Source of the DNA: Macrostomum lignano
Lineage: Eukaryota
Length of the DNA stretch: 64,000 bases
Direction of reading: 5' to 3'
Assembly (NCBI GenBank): GCA_002269645.1
Contig: NIVC01000728.1
Coordinates: 186,001-250,000, forward strand
In this document: in pieces, positions 50,906-63,326 of the stretch
Numbering within the stretch: the first letter of the stretch is position 1
Layout: each line of letters starts with the position of its first letter
Program-made: the position numbers and the translations under genes
Notes under the pieces: model-generated
What the model was told of the DNA's origin: nothing
Database searches by the model: none
What the model saw: only the letters and a program-made list of their open reading frames with translations

Positions 50906-50908
<3 letters not shown>

Positions 50909-51727
50909 GCTGCTGGCATCTTTTTTGTACTGATGTCTATGGCCGAACAACCAACTTGGTTTCCTTTTTCGTCTATGTCAATCTTTCGTCTATGGCAAAC
51001 TCCGGCCCGCTAAGCCTCTCTATTCGGGTCCTCGGGTCCTTTGAAACTTTACAATGGCAATCCGTCTCGCTTAAGGCTTGTCTCTTTTCAGCTCTCTTCT
51101 CTCTTCTCTCTCTCTCCTTTCCTCTCTGATTTGTCCAGACGTTTTCATACGGAGCTCCATGAACAATAGGAAAATGGAAGATAGACAATTAGAAGCTTCT
51201 TTTTAGGAGGCCCGCTAACGAACCTATAGAAACTCTAGAGTGAGAGAAGACGGGTTCTGTCAAAGTGATAACAGCGTGAACTGCGCTGGGATCCTTCTGG
51301 GATTTTGTGTTGCACCCCCGCTGTCTCTGCCATAGATAGTAGACAGCAGGAGAGTCAAATCCCTGCATTGCCAAATTCCCCTTAGCTACCAGCCGGCCTG
51401 CGTGATAGTCGAATAGCCTATGGTCTATTAATAGCGCACTGCCACCATGCGCGCACCCTACAGTTGCTATCGCACGGCTGCAGCAGCCAAGTAAGTCTTT
51501 CGTCCGTCCCCCTACGATATCCCAAGCCCCCACCGGCCCCTATGCGCGCCAGAACGCTAGCGGGCTGAAAAGTCTATGGAAGCAATCAATAAGTTGAACG
51601 CCCGACCATTGGGCGGCGCGGAACCCGGCCACCTCAGCGGCTCGAGGTGCCGTAAACCTAAACGCGGTTAGAATAATGCATTCTGAGTCGAGATTTTGCA
51701 ACAGGGAACGAGCCTATTCAACGGAAG

Positions 51728-53088
51728 ATGGGCAAGTCGAAGGATTCGCACCTGCTGGCATTTCTGGGCGGCGTGCCGGCGCTGTCACTGGTCCTGCTAG
51801 TTTACACAGCCCTGGGCGCTGTCGCCATCATGTGCATCGAGAATCGTCAAGTCCCAACCGCGAACCGCGGCATCAGCCCCGATCGGGCGGACACGGACTT
51901 CCTCTTCCGGCTGTACGAGATTCGAACTAGCAAGCTCATCTCTAGGGAGAAATTCGCCGAGACTGCAATTAAAGAGATGGAGAAATGGCAGGAGGTGAAG
52001 GCTAATCTAGAGTGGGACTTTTGTTCAGCGTTTCTGTACTGCTTCACTCTGCACACTACTATAGGTGAGAAGTGAGAACCATTGTAAATTTACTAAATCT
52101 ACGATGCTGACAAAAGCTAACGGATAAGAGCTACGCTCGGATAGCTCGCATTATAGAGCACCAGTTCGCCAGATAAAGAATCCATCTCATGGCCGCGGGC
52201 CAGATAAGAGAGGAATAAAGAGAAGAATAGAGGGGAGTCAAGTGAAGAGAGGAGAAAGGAGAGAGGAAAGAGGAGGGGGAGAGGCAGAGATTAGAGAGAA
52301 AGAGGAGAGAGAAGAGAGGGGAGGGTAGAGGCTAGAGAAGAGAGAGAAAAGATAGAGAAAAGGGGAGAGAGAAAAGGGAGAAGAGAGGGGAAAGAGGAGA
52401 GGAGAGAGAAGAGGGGAGAGAGGATAGGCCAGAGAGGAGAGAGAAGAGAGGAGAGAAGGGAGAGGAGAGAGAAGAGAGGAGAGGAGAAAAGCTAGAGAGT
52501 ACAGGGTGCAGTCTGGTCAATGCTAAGTATGTGGCTCTCATCACAGCTGCTGTCTCACACTCAATCCTTCTCAATCTGACATCCTATACAGGATACGGAC
52601 ACGTGTCGGCCCGCAGCTCCGCAGGCAAATGGTTCAGCGTTCTCTACTCCCTAGCTGGCATACCGCTCTGCCTCGTGTACATCGGCCGTCTGGCTGCTCT
52701 ACTCGAACGCAAAATTGACGCCAAACTGCGCGCTAACGCTTGGCGCGGCGCAGGCCTGACGTTGGACGCCACGGCGGCCATATTCGGTGCCTACTGCTGC
52801 CTTGGCGCCTGTCTGTTTGCCGTCACAGAGAGCTGGAACCCCATGGACGGTGCCTACTTTGCAGTGATCTCGGCCACTAGCGTCGGCCTTGGCGACCTGG
52901 TGCCGGGGCACGCCAACCCCGTCCGCACAGTCGCCTCGGTGGCCTATCTGACACTGGGCCTCGCCCTGTGCACCCTGCTGCTCAACCAGCTCAACGAGCG
53001 GCTGGCCAGCTGGCTTGCCGACCCGCAGCCGGCGCCGGTGCACGCCGAGTACAGCTACCAGGAGGAGGGTAACAGCAAGGAGCGCTGA
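51728..53088 (+). CDS. KCNK-like: Two-pore-domain (K2P/TWiK) potassium channel, 2 exons
   Basis: Exons 51728-52064 and 52592-53088 (phase 1) join to give WDFCSAFLYCFTLHTTI|GYG. Also GIPLCL and second pore DGAYFAVISATSVGLGDLVP, four TM segments. Confidence 0.93.
52160..52500. mobile_element. Partial GA-rich hAT MITE (left part plus GA tract)
   Basis: GCCAGATA..CATGGCCGCGGGCCAGA followed by a purine tract, as at 7890-7990. Confidence 0.55.
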
Positions 53089-53179
53089 TTGCTACCCGTC
53101 ATTCTACGGCGGAAAATGCTGAAGAATTTCACTTTTTCTGACACTTGATTACCAGAATCAGCTAGAAGGCTTACAGAAT

Positions 53180-55876
53180 GATCTGTGGAAAGTTTGGGAG
53201 CTCACAGAATGAGTTGGAGAAGTCTGAGAGCTCACAGAATGAGCTGGAGAAAGTCTGGGAGCTCACAGAATGAGTTGGAGAAGTCTGGGAGCTCACAGAA
53301 TGAGCTGGAGAAGTCTGGGAGCTCACAGAATGAGCTGGAGAAGTCTGGGAGCTTACAGAATGAGCTGGGGAAGTCTGGGAGCTTACAGAATGAGCTGGGG
53401 AAGTTTGGGAGCTCACAGAATGAGCTGGGGAAGTCTGGGAGCTTACAGAATGAGCTGTGGAAAGTCTGGGAGCTCACAGAATGAGCTGTGGAAAGTCTGG
53501 GAGCTCACAGAATGAGCTGTGGAAAGTCTGAGAGCTCACAGAATGAGCTGTGGAAAGTCTGGGAGCTCACAGAATGAGCTGTGGAAAGTCTGAGAGCTCA
53601 CAGAATGAGCTGCTGTGGAAAGTCTGGGAGCTCACAGAATGAGCTGCTGTGGAAAGTCTGGGAGCTCACAGAATGAGCTGCTGTGGAAAGTCTGGGAGCT
53701 CACAGAATGAGCTGGGGAAGTCTGGGAGCTCACAGAATGAGCTGGGGAAGTCTGGGAGCTTACAGAATGAGCTGGAGAAGTCTGGGAGCTCACAGAATGA
53801 GCTGCTGTGGAAAGTCTGGGAGCTCACAGAATGAGCTGTGGAAAGTCTGAGAGCTCACAGAATGAGCTGCTGTGGAAAGTCTGGGAGCTCACAGAATGAG
53901 CTGCTGTGGAAAGTCTGGGAGCTCACAGAATGAGCTGCTGTGGAAAGTCTGGGAGCTCACAGAATGAGCTGCTGTGGAAAGTCTGGGAGCTCACAGAATG
54001 AGCTGTGGAAAGTCTGGGAGCTCACAGAATGAGCTGCTGTGGAAAGTCTGGGAGCTCACAGAACGAGCTGGAGAAGTCTGGGAGCTTACAGAATGAGCTG
54101 GGGAAGTCTGGGAGCTCACAGAATGAGCTGGGGAAGTCTGGGAGCTCACAGAATGAGCTGGGGAAGTCTGGGAGCTCACAGAATGAGCTAGAGAAGTCTG
54201 GGAGCTTACAGAATGAGCTGTGGAAAGTCTGGGAGCTCACAGAATGAGCTGTGGAAAGTCTGGGAGCTCACAGAATGAGCTGTGGAAAGTCTGGGAGCTC
54301 ACAGAATGAGCTGTGGAAAGTCTGAGAGCTCACAGAATGAGCTGTGGAAAGTCTGGGAGCTCACAGAATGAGCTGTGGAAAGTCTGAGAGCTCACAGAAT
54401 GAGCTGCTGTGGAAAGTCTGGGAGCTCACAGAATGAGCTGCTGTGGAAAGTCTGGGAGCTCACAGAATGAGCTGCTGTGGAAAGTCTGGGAGCTCACAGA
54501 ATGAGCTGCTGTGGAAAGTCTGGGAGCTCACAGAATGAGCTGGGGAAGTCTGGGAGCTCACAGAATGAGCTGGGGAAGTCTGGGAGCTTACAGAATGAGC
54601 TGGAGAAGTCTGGGAGCTCACAGAACGAGCTGGAGAAGTCTGGGAGCTCACAGAATGAGCTGGAGAAGTCTGGGAGCTTACAGAATGAGCTGGGGAAGTC
54701 TGGGAGCTTACAGAATGAGCTGGGGAAGTCTGGGAGCTCACAGAATGAGCTGGAGAAGTCTGGGAGCTTACAGAATGAGCTGTGGAAAGTCTGGGAGCTC
54801 ACAGAATGAGCTGTGGAAAGTCTGGGAGCTCACAGAATGAGCTGTGGAAAGTCTGGGAGCTCACAGAATGAGCTGTGGAAAGTCTGAGAGCTCACAGAAT
54901 GAGCTGCTGTGGAAAGTCTGGGAGCTCACAGAATGAGCTGTGGAAAGTCTGGGAGCTCACAGAATGAGCTGCTGTGGAAAGTCTGGGAGCTCACAGAATG
55001 AGCTGTGGAAAGTCTGGGAGCTCACAGAATGAGCTGCTGTGGAAAGTCTGGGAGCTCACAGAATGAGCTGCTGTGGAAAGTCTGGGAGCTCACAGAATGA
55101 GCTGCTGTGGAAAGTCTGGGAGCTCACAGAATGAGCTGCTGTGGAAAGTCTGGGAGCTCACAGAATGAGCTGCTGTGGAAAGTCTGGGAGCTCACAGAAC
55201 GAGCTGGAGAAGTCTGGGAGCTCACAGAATGAGCTGGGGAAGTCTGGGAGCTCACAGAATGAGCCGTGGAAAGTCTGGGAGCTCACAGAATGAGCTGTGG
55301 AAAGTCTGAGAGCTCACAGAATGAGCTGGAGAAGTCTGGGAGCTTACAGAATGAGCTGGGGAAGTCTGGGAGCTCACAGAATGAGCTGTGGAAAGTCTGG
55401 GAGCTCACAGAATGAGCTGGAGAAGTCTGGGAGCTCACAGAATGAGCTGGAGAAGTCTGGGAGCTTACAGAATGAGCTGGAGAAGTCTGGGAGCTCACAG
55501 AATGAGCTGGAGAAGTCTGGGAGCTCACAGAACGAGCTGGAGAAGTCTGGCAGCTCACAGAATGAGCTGGAGAAGTCTGGGAGCTCACAGAATGAGCTGG
55601 AGAAGTCTGGGAGCTTACAGAATGAGCTGGAGAAGTCTGGGAGCTCACAGAATGAGCTGGAGAAGTCTGGGAGCTTACAGAATGAGCTGGAGAAGTCTGG
55701 GAGCTCACAGAATGAGCTGGAGAAGTCTGGGAGCTCACAGAATGAGCTGGAGAAGTCTGGGAGCTTACAGAATGAGCTGGAGAAGTCTGGGAGCTCACAG
55801 AATGAGCTGGAGAAGTCTGGGAGCTCACAGAACGAGCTGGAGAAGTCTGGGAGCTTACAGAATGAGCTGGGGAAAG
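53180..55876. repeat. 30-34-bp satellite, ~2.7 kb (GGAGAAGTCTGGGAGCTCACAGAATGAGCT)
   Basis: Seen directly. It lies between the convergent K2P and ATAD2 genes. Confidence 0.97.
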
Positions 55877-57075
55877 TTTAAAGGGCAAGAATATGAGTCA
55901 GTTATAACGAATTTAATGAGGCAAATATTCAGTACTTTTACAAATATTTTCTTGTCACTTTTCTTTACTAATTAGCTTCACTTTCCGACTAAGCAGGATT
56001 ATTGAAAATGCAAATTAAGTAGTCAGCGTTTTGAGCATAAGTTTACAATCTATCATATTCTAGCTAGGTAATGTATAATCTTAACCGCTTTTTTACCAGG
56101 CAAACAGAAACGCACATACGAATTATTCCTTACAATTTTGTAACATACCGCAATATTAATTTATTACTGAAATTATTTCTGTTCTAAAATGATTTTCTAC
56201 CATAGCTTAGATATTTAACAACTAGGTTTTTTCACTTGGCCAGCACTTTTATCCTGAACTCAATAAATAAATAATTAATTAACAAAATAACAATGAATTT
56301 TCATTATTTTCATTTTCAACAGACACGTGACGTGACAAACAGCTCGCGTGAGTGGGATATTGTAAAACTTTTATTTAAAATTTAAATGCTTTGTCAAAGA
56401 CTTATGCATGCTTGAAATGGTTAACCCTGTTTGAGATGCTTGCTTTAATCGACAACTTTTTATTATAAGTTGGATTATATTTAATGTTATATTAACATAC
56501 AGATTATTGGGCGATAAAAGCATTGTCTGTATTTTATTAACTACAATAATAATAGTTCTAAATTTCATACAAATTTACAATTAAAAAGACTTGAAGGAAT
56601 AAAATTGAAATTTGAAAGCTTATTATTAAACAACAGCAACAAAAAAGCTGACACAGGTGGGGACTGAGAGAAACACAGACTGAGAGATTTTAGTTTGGCA
56701 AAGGTAAGAATAAAACGATTAAATTAATTTAAATAGAAATTAACAAACTTATTACAACTGAGCAAAGTTTATAAGGGAATTTATTAGCTGAAAAAATTAG
56801 CATACATAATTAACCTAAGCACACAACAAATGGACGATTATATGGATATATAATCATTATTAATAGCACACAAGCTTAATTAAATAAACACACCTAACAT
56901 GACACACGAATAAAAACAAACTTGTGTGCTAGAGAGACGCAAAAGAACTGCAGCACCTATATAAATGGCTTTTCTGTGGTATTGAGATATAAAAAATTAA
57001 ATTAAATCGTTTTAACACTACTGAATACTGAATGCTGCAGTAGCATTGTTTGCATTTTAAACCCAGAAGCCTTTA

Positions 57076-57410
57076 GTCAGTCAGTCAGTCAGTCAGTCAG
57101 TCAGTCAGTCAGTCAGTCAGTCAGTCAGTCAGTCAGTCAGTCAGTCAGTCAGTCAGTCAGTCAGTCAGTCAGCCAGTCAGTCAGTCAGTCAGTCAGTCAG
57201 TCAGTCAGTCAGTCAGTCAGTCAGTCAGTCAGTCAGTCAGTCAGTCAGTCAGTCAGTCAGTCAGTCAGTCAGTCAGTCAGTCAGTCAGTCAGTCAGTCAG
57301 TCAGTCAGTCAGTCAGTCAGTCAGTCAGTCAGTCAGTCAGTCAGTCAGTCAGTCAGTCAGTCAGTCAGTCAGTCAGTCAGTCAGTCAGTCAGTCAGTCAG
57401 TCAGTCAGTC
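57076..57410. repeat. (TCAG)n microsatellite
   Basis: Seen directly. Confidence 0.98.
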
Positions 57411-57555
57411 AACTAAAAGTGACAGGCTTATATTCATATCTGTGGTAGTTGGGATTAAAGGGAAATTTTTGGTATTTTATAAAATAGTTTTATAGCAAAA
57501 AATAAGCTATATTATAGAACCTTAATCGATGCCATGAATTTAGAAAATAACAAAA

Positions 57556-60500
57556 CTAAGCAATTGTCTGGATGAAGTTTTCAATAGAGGCGCACACTTG
57601 ATCAGCAAACTGTGGCTGCTGCTGTTCGGCAGTGGAATTAGCAGTCCGCAGTCCGGCCAGACAGTCGCTCAGTCGAGTGTAGGCAGAGTCCAGCTGCTGC
57701 CTGGTCAGACTAGCCGTCCGACTGACCAGCTGGTTCAGCAGGTTCTGCAGCCGGTTTCTAACCACCATGGCATCCGGCTGACGATACGGAGAGCCACCGG
57801 CAGCTGACGATGACGGCTGAGCAGCCGGCGGCTGCTGCTGCTGTGGAGGGCTGGCAGAAGCTGACAAAGACCGTCTAGTAGTGGGAGTTGCAGCAGCAGC
57901 AGCGCTTGCTGTCTCAGCTTCAGCATCATTTGTCGCCGAAGTGGCAACAGTGGCGGATCTGCGGCTGTACCGATCGGCGCGAGACACTCCGCTACCACTG
58001 TTGCTGCCGCTCAAGCAGCCGTTGCCATGCTGTTGCCGGGTTGGTCCGTTAGTAGACGGGTGAGTTGAAAGCGAGGATTTCTTTGTCGCAGCAGTTTGGC
58101 CGGTAGCGGCGGCGGCAGGTGCACCGTCGTCGCGTCGACGATCGCGAATTTGTTTACAGTCGTCCTCGAAGTCGGAGTCCATCTCCGCTTTCACGATGGC
58201 CTGGGCGACGTCGCGTAGGGCGCAGGCGCGGTGTCGGATGGCTACGGACTCGTCGTCGGTGACCGGGTTGTACTCCAAGGCGTTGCGAGAGATCAAGTCT
58301 ACATCGGCTAGAAAGTCCTCGGCGCAGCAGTAGTCGCCGCGATCGATCTTGTCCATCACGGTGGCCAGGTCCATGGGATTCTTGATGATGTCGTAATAGT
58401 CAGCGACGTCTGTCACCGGCTTAGCGAATACGAAGAATCGGCGGTCTCTGAGGGGTCAAGGAGGCAAATGGATTATGGGCTTGAAGGTTCAGGATGATGG
58501 ATCAGATGGTTCAGGATGGAAGATCTGAAGGTTCAGGGTGGTGGATCTGAAGGTTCAGGCTGATGGATCTGAAGGTTCAGGATGGCGGATCTGAAGGTTC
58601 AGGCTGATGGATCTGAAGGTTCAGGATGGCGGATTTGAAGATTCAGGATGGTGGATCTGAAGGTTCAGGCTGATGGATCTGAAGGTTCAGGATGGCGGAT
58701 TTGAAGATTCAGGATGGTGGATCTGAAGGTTCAGGCTGATGGATCTGAAGGTTCAGGATGGCGGATCTGAAGGTTCAGGCTGATGGATCTGAAGGTTCAG
58801 GATGGCGGATCTGAAGGTTCAGGCTGATGGATCTGAAGGTTCAGGATGGCGGATTTGAAGATTCAGGATGGTGGATCTGAAGGTTCAGGCTGATGGATCT
58901 GAAGGTTCAGGATGGCGGATCTGAAGGTTCTGGAAGATGCAAGATGATTGCTCATGATGGTATAATTGTAGCACACTTTAGTTTCAGAATTATGGTGGTT
59001 CTAAAAGTTTTAGAATATTGTGAAATTCAAAGGATCAAAATGAGAGGAGCCATAGTCTAAAAGCACGCAAGACGGTTTCACCCGACTCACCTAGCCAGCT
59101 TGTTGCAAGTATCGCGCAGAAATATTCTCAACTCTCGCAGTTGCCCCTCCTCTCTACGGGCGAGTCGCTTGGCTTCAGCCGGGGTCAGCGCGGGCGGCGG
59201 ACTGGCCGGAGCCAGCGGCAGCGGCGGCAGCGACTCGGCTGGCGGAAGTTCTCCGCCGCTGCCGCAGCCGACACCGCCGTCGGCATCATCCAGCACCGTG
59301 GCAGCATTGAGCACCATATCGCTGAAGAAGGCCCGTCGCTGAGCGTCAGTTGGACTTGTCACCCGGACGGTGACCAGGTCCTCAGACGAGCAGTCCAGCC
59401 AGTCGGGTGGCTGAAATGAATCGCCGATTTCGTCAGCGTCCAGATTGATGCACTCGCGAGTCATGAGCACCAGCAGCGGCAGCGAAGGATCGAAGTCACG
59501 AAGGCTTGCCAGCAGGCAGCGACGCACCGTGTCCGACAGGCCGCCAGTTGACGAGTCGCCGAACAGCGAGTCGCAAGCCGGCACGTACAAGGCGGCTGGG
59601 GCGGCGCGACGGAGCTCGCGAAACAGATCGGCCACGGCCTCTTCCGGACAGCGGACACTGGCCGAAGCGTACAGAGCGGCCGGATCTAGGCAGTGAGCCG
59701 GCAAGGATTCCATTCGGTGCAGAATGGCCGGGCCCAGATACTTGGCTAGACAGTCGCCAGTCTGTCCAAGCAGCATGACTAGCCGGCGTTGGCTTCCACT
59801 CGGCCGGCCGGCCGGCCTGGCGGCCAGCAGCTGACGAAGCCGGTCAGCAGCGTCCGCGGCCGCATCCGAATAGAGCGGATTCAAATAGGCCGGGGGCGGC
59901 CGGGCCACGGCCGGCGTGGATCGCTGTCCGGCTGGCCGGACTCGGACAAGAGCGGCGGTCAGATCTCCGGCGCTAACTGAGATTCTGGCATTATCCAGCA
60001 GCAGTTTATCCTTGCTGTAGTAGATCTGCGGATAAGCTCGGCGAAGCGCGGACAGGCCGGCCTCGGTGCTCAAGGCTTTCAGATCCGCGCCGCAATAGCC
60101 GGCTGTAGACTCGGCCACCGAGCGCAGCGTCTCCTCGGACAGTTGAAAGTGTCCGAGATGTAGACGAAGAATTTCCAAACGGGCTGCTTCGTTAGGCAGC
60201 GAGAAACGAAGCTCCCGATCGAATCGGCCGGGACGGCGCAGCGCGGGATCGATGCTGTCCAGCCGGTTGGTGGCACCGATCACGATCACCTGGGGCAGCC
60301 ATAGCAACCATTATGAATTATGAAGAATGATGAAAAATAAATACTACTGATGTACCTGTCAATAGCAACCAACACTAGCATTTACCCAGCGCCCATAGCA
60401 ACCAAGACTAAGATGTACTTAGCGCCCATAGCAACCAAGACTAAGATGTACTTAGCGCCCATAGCAACCAACACTAAGATGTACTTAGCGCCCATAGCAA

Positions 60501-62863
60501 CCAACACTAAGATGTACTCAGTGCCTATAGCAACCAACACTAAGATGTACTCAGCGCCCATAGCAACCAACACTAAGATGTACTCAGTGCCCATAGCAAC
60601 CAACACTAAGATGTACTTAGTGCCCATAGCAACCAACAATAGGATGTACTTAGCGCCCATAGCAACCAACACTAAGATGTACTTAGCGCCCATAGCAACC
60701 AACACTAAGATGTACTCAGTGCCTATAGCAACCAACACTAAGATGTACTCAGCGTCCATAGCAACCAACACTAAGATGTACTCAGTGCCCATAGCAACCA
60801 ACAATAGGATGTACTTAGCGCCCATAGCAACCAACAATAGGATGTACTTAGCGCCCATAGCAACCAACACTAAGATGTACTCAGCGCCCATAGCAACCAA
60901 CACTAAGATGTACTCAGTGCCTATAGCAACCAACACTAAGATGTACTCAGCGCCCATAGCAACCAACACTAAGGTGTACTCAGCGACTATAGCAACCAAA
61001 AACAGTGACGTATATAGCGCCCATAGAAACCAACAATAGGATGTACTTAGCGACCATAGCAACCAATAAAACTAGATAATTGTGCTCAATGCATCCATCA
61101 GTAACAACACAGAGGAATATAACAGCAATAATCTAATATATTCTCAATATATTCGAAAATAAAAGACACACCTCCCCGCGAGCATCCAAGCCGTCCATCA
61201 GCGCCAGCAGAGTGCTCACAATGGAACTGTGAATCTGATCCTGTCTAGTCGATCTTACTGGCGCCAAGCCGTCAATCTCGTCAAAGAAGATAATACTAGG
61301 CCGCATCTGATAGGCCTGATCAAACAGCAGCCTGAGCTGTCTCTCGCTCTCTCCAACCCATTTGCTCAAACAGTCGGCGCCTTTGCGCATAAAAAAGGCA
61401 ACTTTGCGCCTGGCGTCGGCCCGGCCGCATTCGTTAGCCAGAGCCCTGGCAACCAGAGTCTTGCCGCAGCCAGGCGGCCCGTAGAACAGTACGCCGCGGG
61501 GCGGATCGACTCTCAAATGGGCGAACACCTCCGGGTACAGCATAGGAAATACTAGCATCTCTTTCAGCGAGCGCAGATGGTCGCCGAGGCCGCCAATCGA
61601 TTCGAATGTGACGCCGGTGTCGATCGACATCGGATCGACGTCGGCCAGACTGGCGCCAATCTTTGACCGGTCCCGACGGATGCCCCGTTCCGCATCCTGC
61701 ATGGCCAGATTCATCGGCAGACAGCGCAGTCTAGCCTTGGCCATGCTGCGATTCTTTCGACGCAAAAATCGACGCTCATCGTTGGCATTGTCGTCGGCTG
61801 AGTCAGAGCCGGAGGACGACGACGAGGACGACTCGGTGCTAGACGAGCCGTGCCGATTTCTTTGAAGCGATCGGCGACGTCGGCGACAAGCTCGACCGGA
61901 CGACGAGCGCTGGCGACGCCGGTAAGACGCTTCCCGGCTGCTGCCGACGCCGCCGACTCCGCCTCCGCGACTCCGACGTGGCATGGCTTCGTAGGCCGAC
62001 GTCTGGTAGACGTCGGTGCGCCGCCTGTGCTGTCTGAGCTGGTACGGCCGACGCTGCTGGCCGCCGCCGCCTCCCCCGGCAGCGTCCTCCTCGGTGGCGC
62101 CCTCTTCCTCGTCGTCTTCTTCTTCCTCTGCCTCTCTGTTGCGGCGTCGACCCTTGGCGCTGACTTGATTCTCGACGGCAACTAGTTGGCCGTACATGTC
62201 GCGGATGAACTTCTTGCGCGGCCGTTTCACCCGGGTGTACATATCGGAGAACTGCTGCTGCTGCTGCTCGTCTGTCGCATTCTTCGACACCGTCGCCGCC
62301 TCAGCTGCCTGCTCTGCATCATCCTCCTCGTCATCTTCGTCGACGTTTTCATCAACGTCACTCTGTTGAAGGTGCCGACGCGGCCGCTTCTGCTGTCGGC
62401 TGCGCCGGCGCGACAGTCGTTCAACGACGCGTCGAGGCTGCCGGCTACGTCTATCTAAAGACTCTCCATCGTCGTCTTCGCTGTGACCCAGCCCTCCGTT
62501 GCCAACCAATTCGTGCTCATCCTCGTCATCTTCATCCTCCTCATCCTCTGTGCTGACGGCGTATCGCAGGCGACGCTTCCGACTGTCGCCAATATGAGCA
62601 CCATTCTCACTGGCGGCTAGTCTTCTCGGGCGACCATCTGGCCTGGAGTCATAGTCCTGCTGCTGCTGGTGATGATGGCTATGATGGTGGTGATGGTTAT
62701 GATGATGAGGCTGCTGCAGAGGCTGCAACTGACGCTGCGGTGATGTGGCACTGCCGCCAGATTTTCGATTGTTAAACACTGGAGAGGCGCTGGCATTGCT
62801 GCCGGCGCCGCAGCCTCTGCTGCCACTTATCTCGAGGGCATCGGATCGCCTCGTGTGTACCAT
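57556..62863 (-). CDS. ATAD2: ATAD2/Yta7-family AAA+ ATPase with bromodomain, 3 exons
   Basis: Exons 62863-61172, 60292-59091, 58447-57556, phases compatible. Walker A GPPGCGKT, FFMRKGADCLSKWVGESERQLRLLF, Walker B FFDEIDGLAP, PALRRPGRFDRE, degenerate second AAA, bromodomain DYYDIIKNPMDL...NALEYN. Confidence 0.97.
58478..58930. repeat. 22-bp minisatellite (GGATCTGAAGGTTCAGG+5), alternating variants
   Basis: Seen directly. Confidence 0.93.
60345..61060. repeat. 33-bp minisatellite (CCCATAGCAACCAACACTAAGATGTACTTAGCG)
   Basis: Seen directly. It fills ATAD2 intron 1. Confidence 0.95.
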
Positions 62864-62961
62864 GTGGGCTGGATTAAAAAAAACAGCAAAACATCTGGCT
62901 ATAATATACTTCAGGATTTGATCTAAAAGTATAGAGACATATCAAAGTAAACAGCTACATG

Positions 62962-63326
62962 AAGGGGGGCCATAGCCCAGCAGTCTAGCGCAGGCTCTGG
63001 TGTGCCAGCGACCCAGGCTTGATTCCAAGTGCAGTCACATTAATTTGGGGCTGAATTGGAATCTCGGCTTGGCTCTGCTCGTGCAATTAATGGCCTTGAG
63101 AGCCAAACCCCCAAGGCGCAGTGAAGTGTACATGCCTAACAATAAAAATAAAGTTAGGGCCGCTGTACACTCCTGTGTGTGTGTGCCTGCGTACGTATCC
63201 GCGCGCTTGTGTGCCTACTCAGGGGAGTTGGCGGAATTGGCAGTAATGCCTCTCGCCAGTTGTGTGCCTATGTCGCTTAAGGTGCGCCAGGGTGCACACA
63301 ACCCCCCTGCCTTTTCTTTCTTCTTC
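62962..63326 (+). mobile_element. SINE family A, full length, with pyrimidine (TTC)n tail
   Basis: 14-bp TSD TAAACAGCTACATG (62948-62961, 63327-63340). Homologous to the other family A copies. Confidence 0.9.

Noticed and set aside
51189-51533. 114-aa - strand ORF upstream of the K2P gene
   Set aside because: No domain similarity, splice support or coding-like composition.
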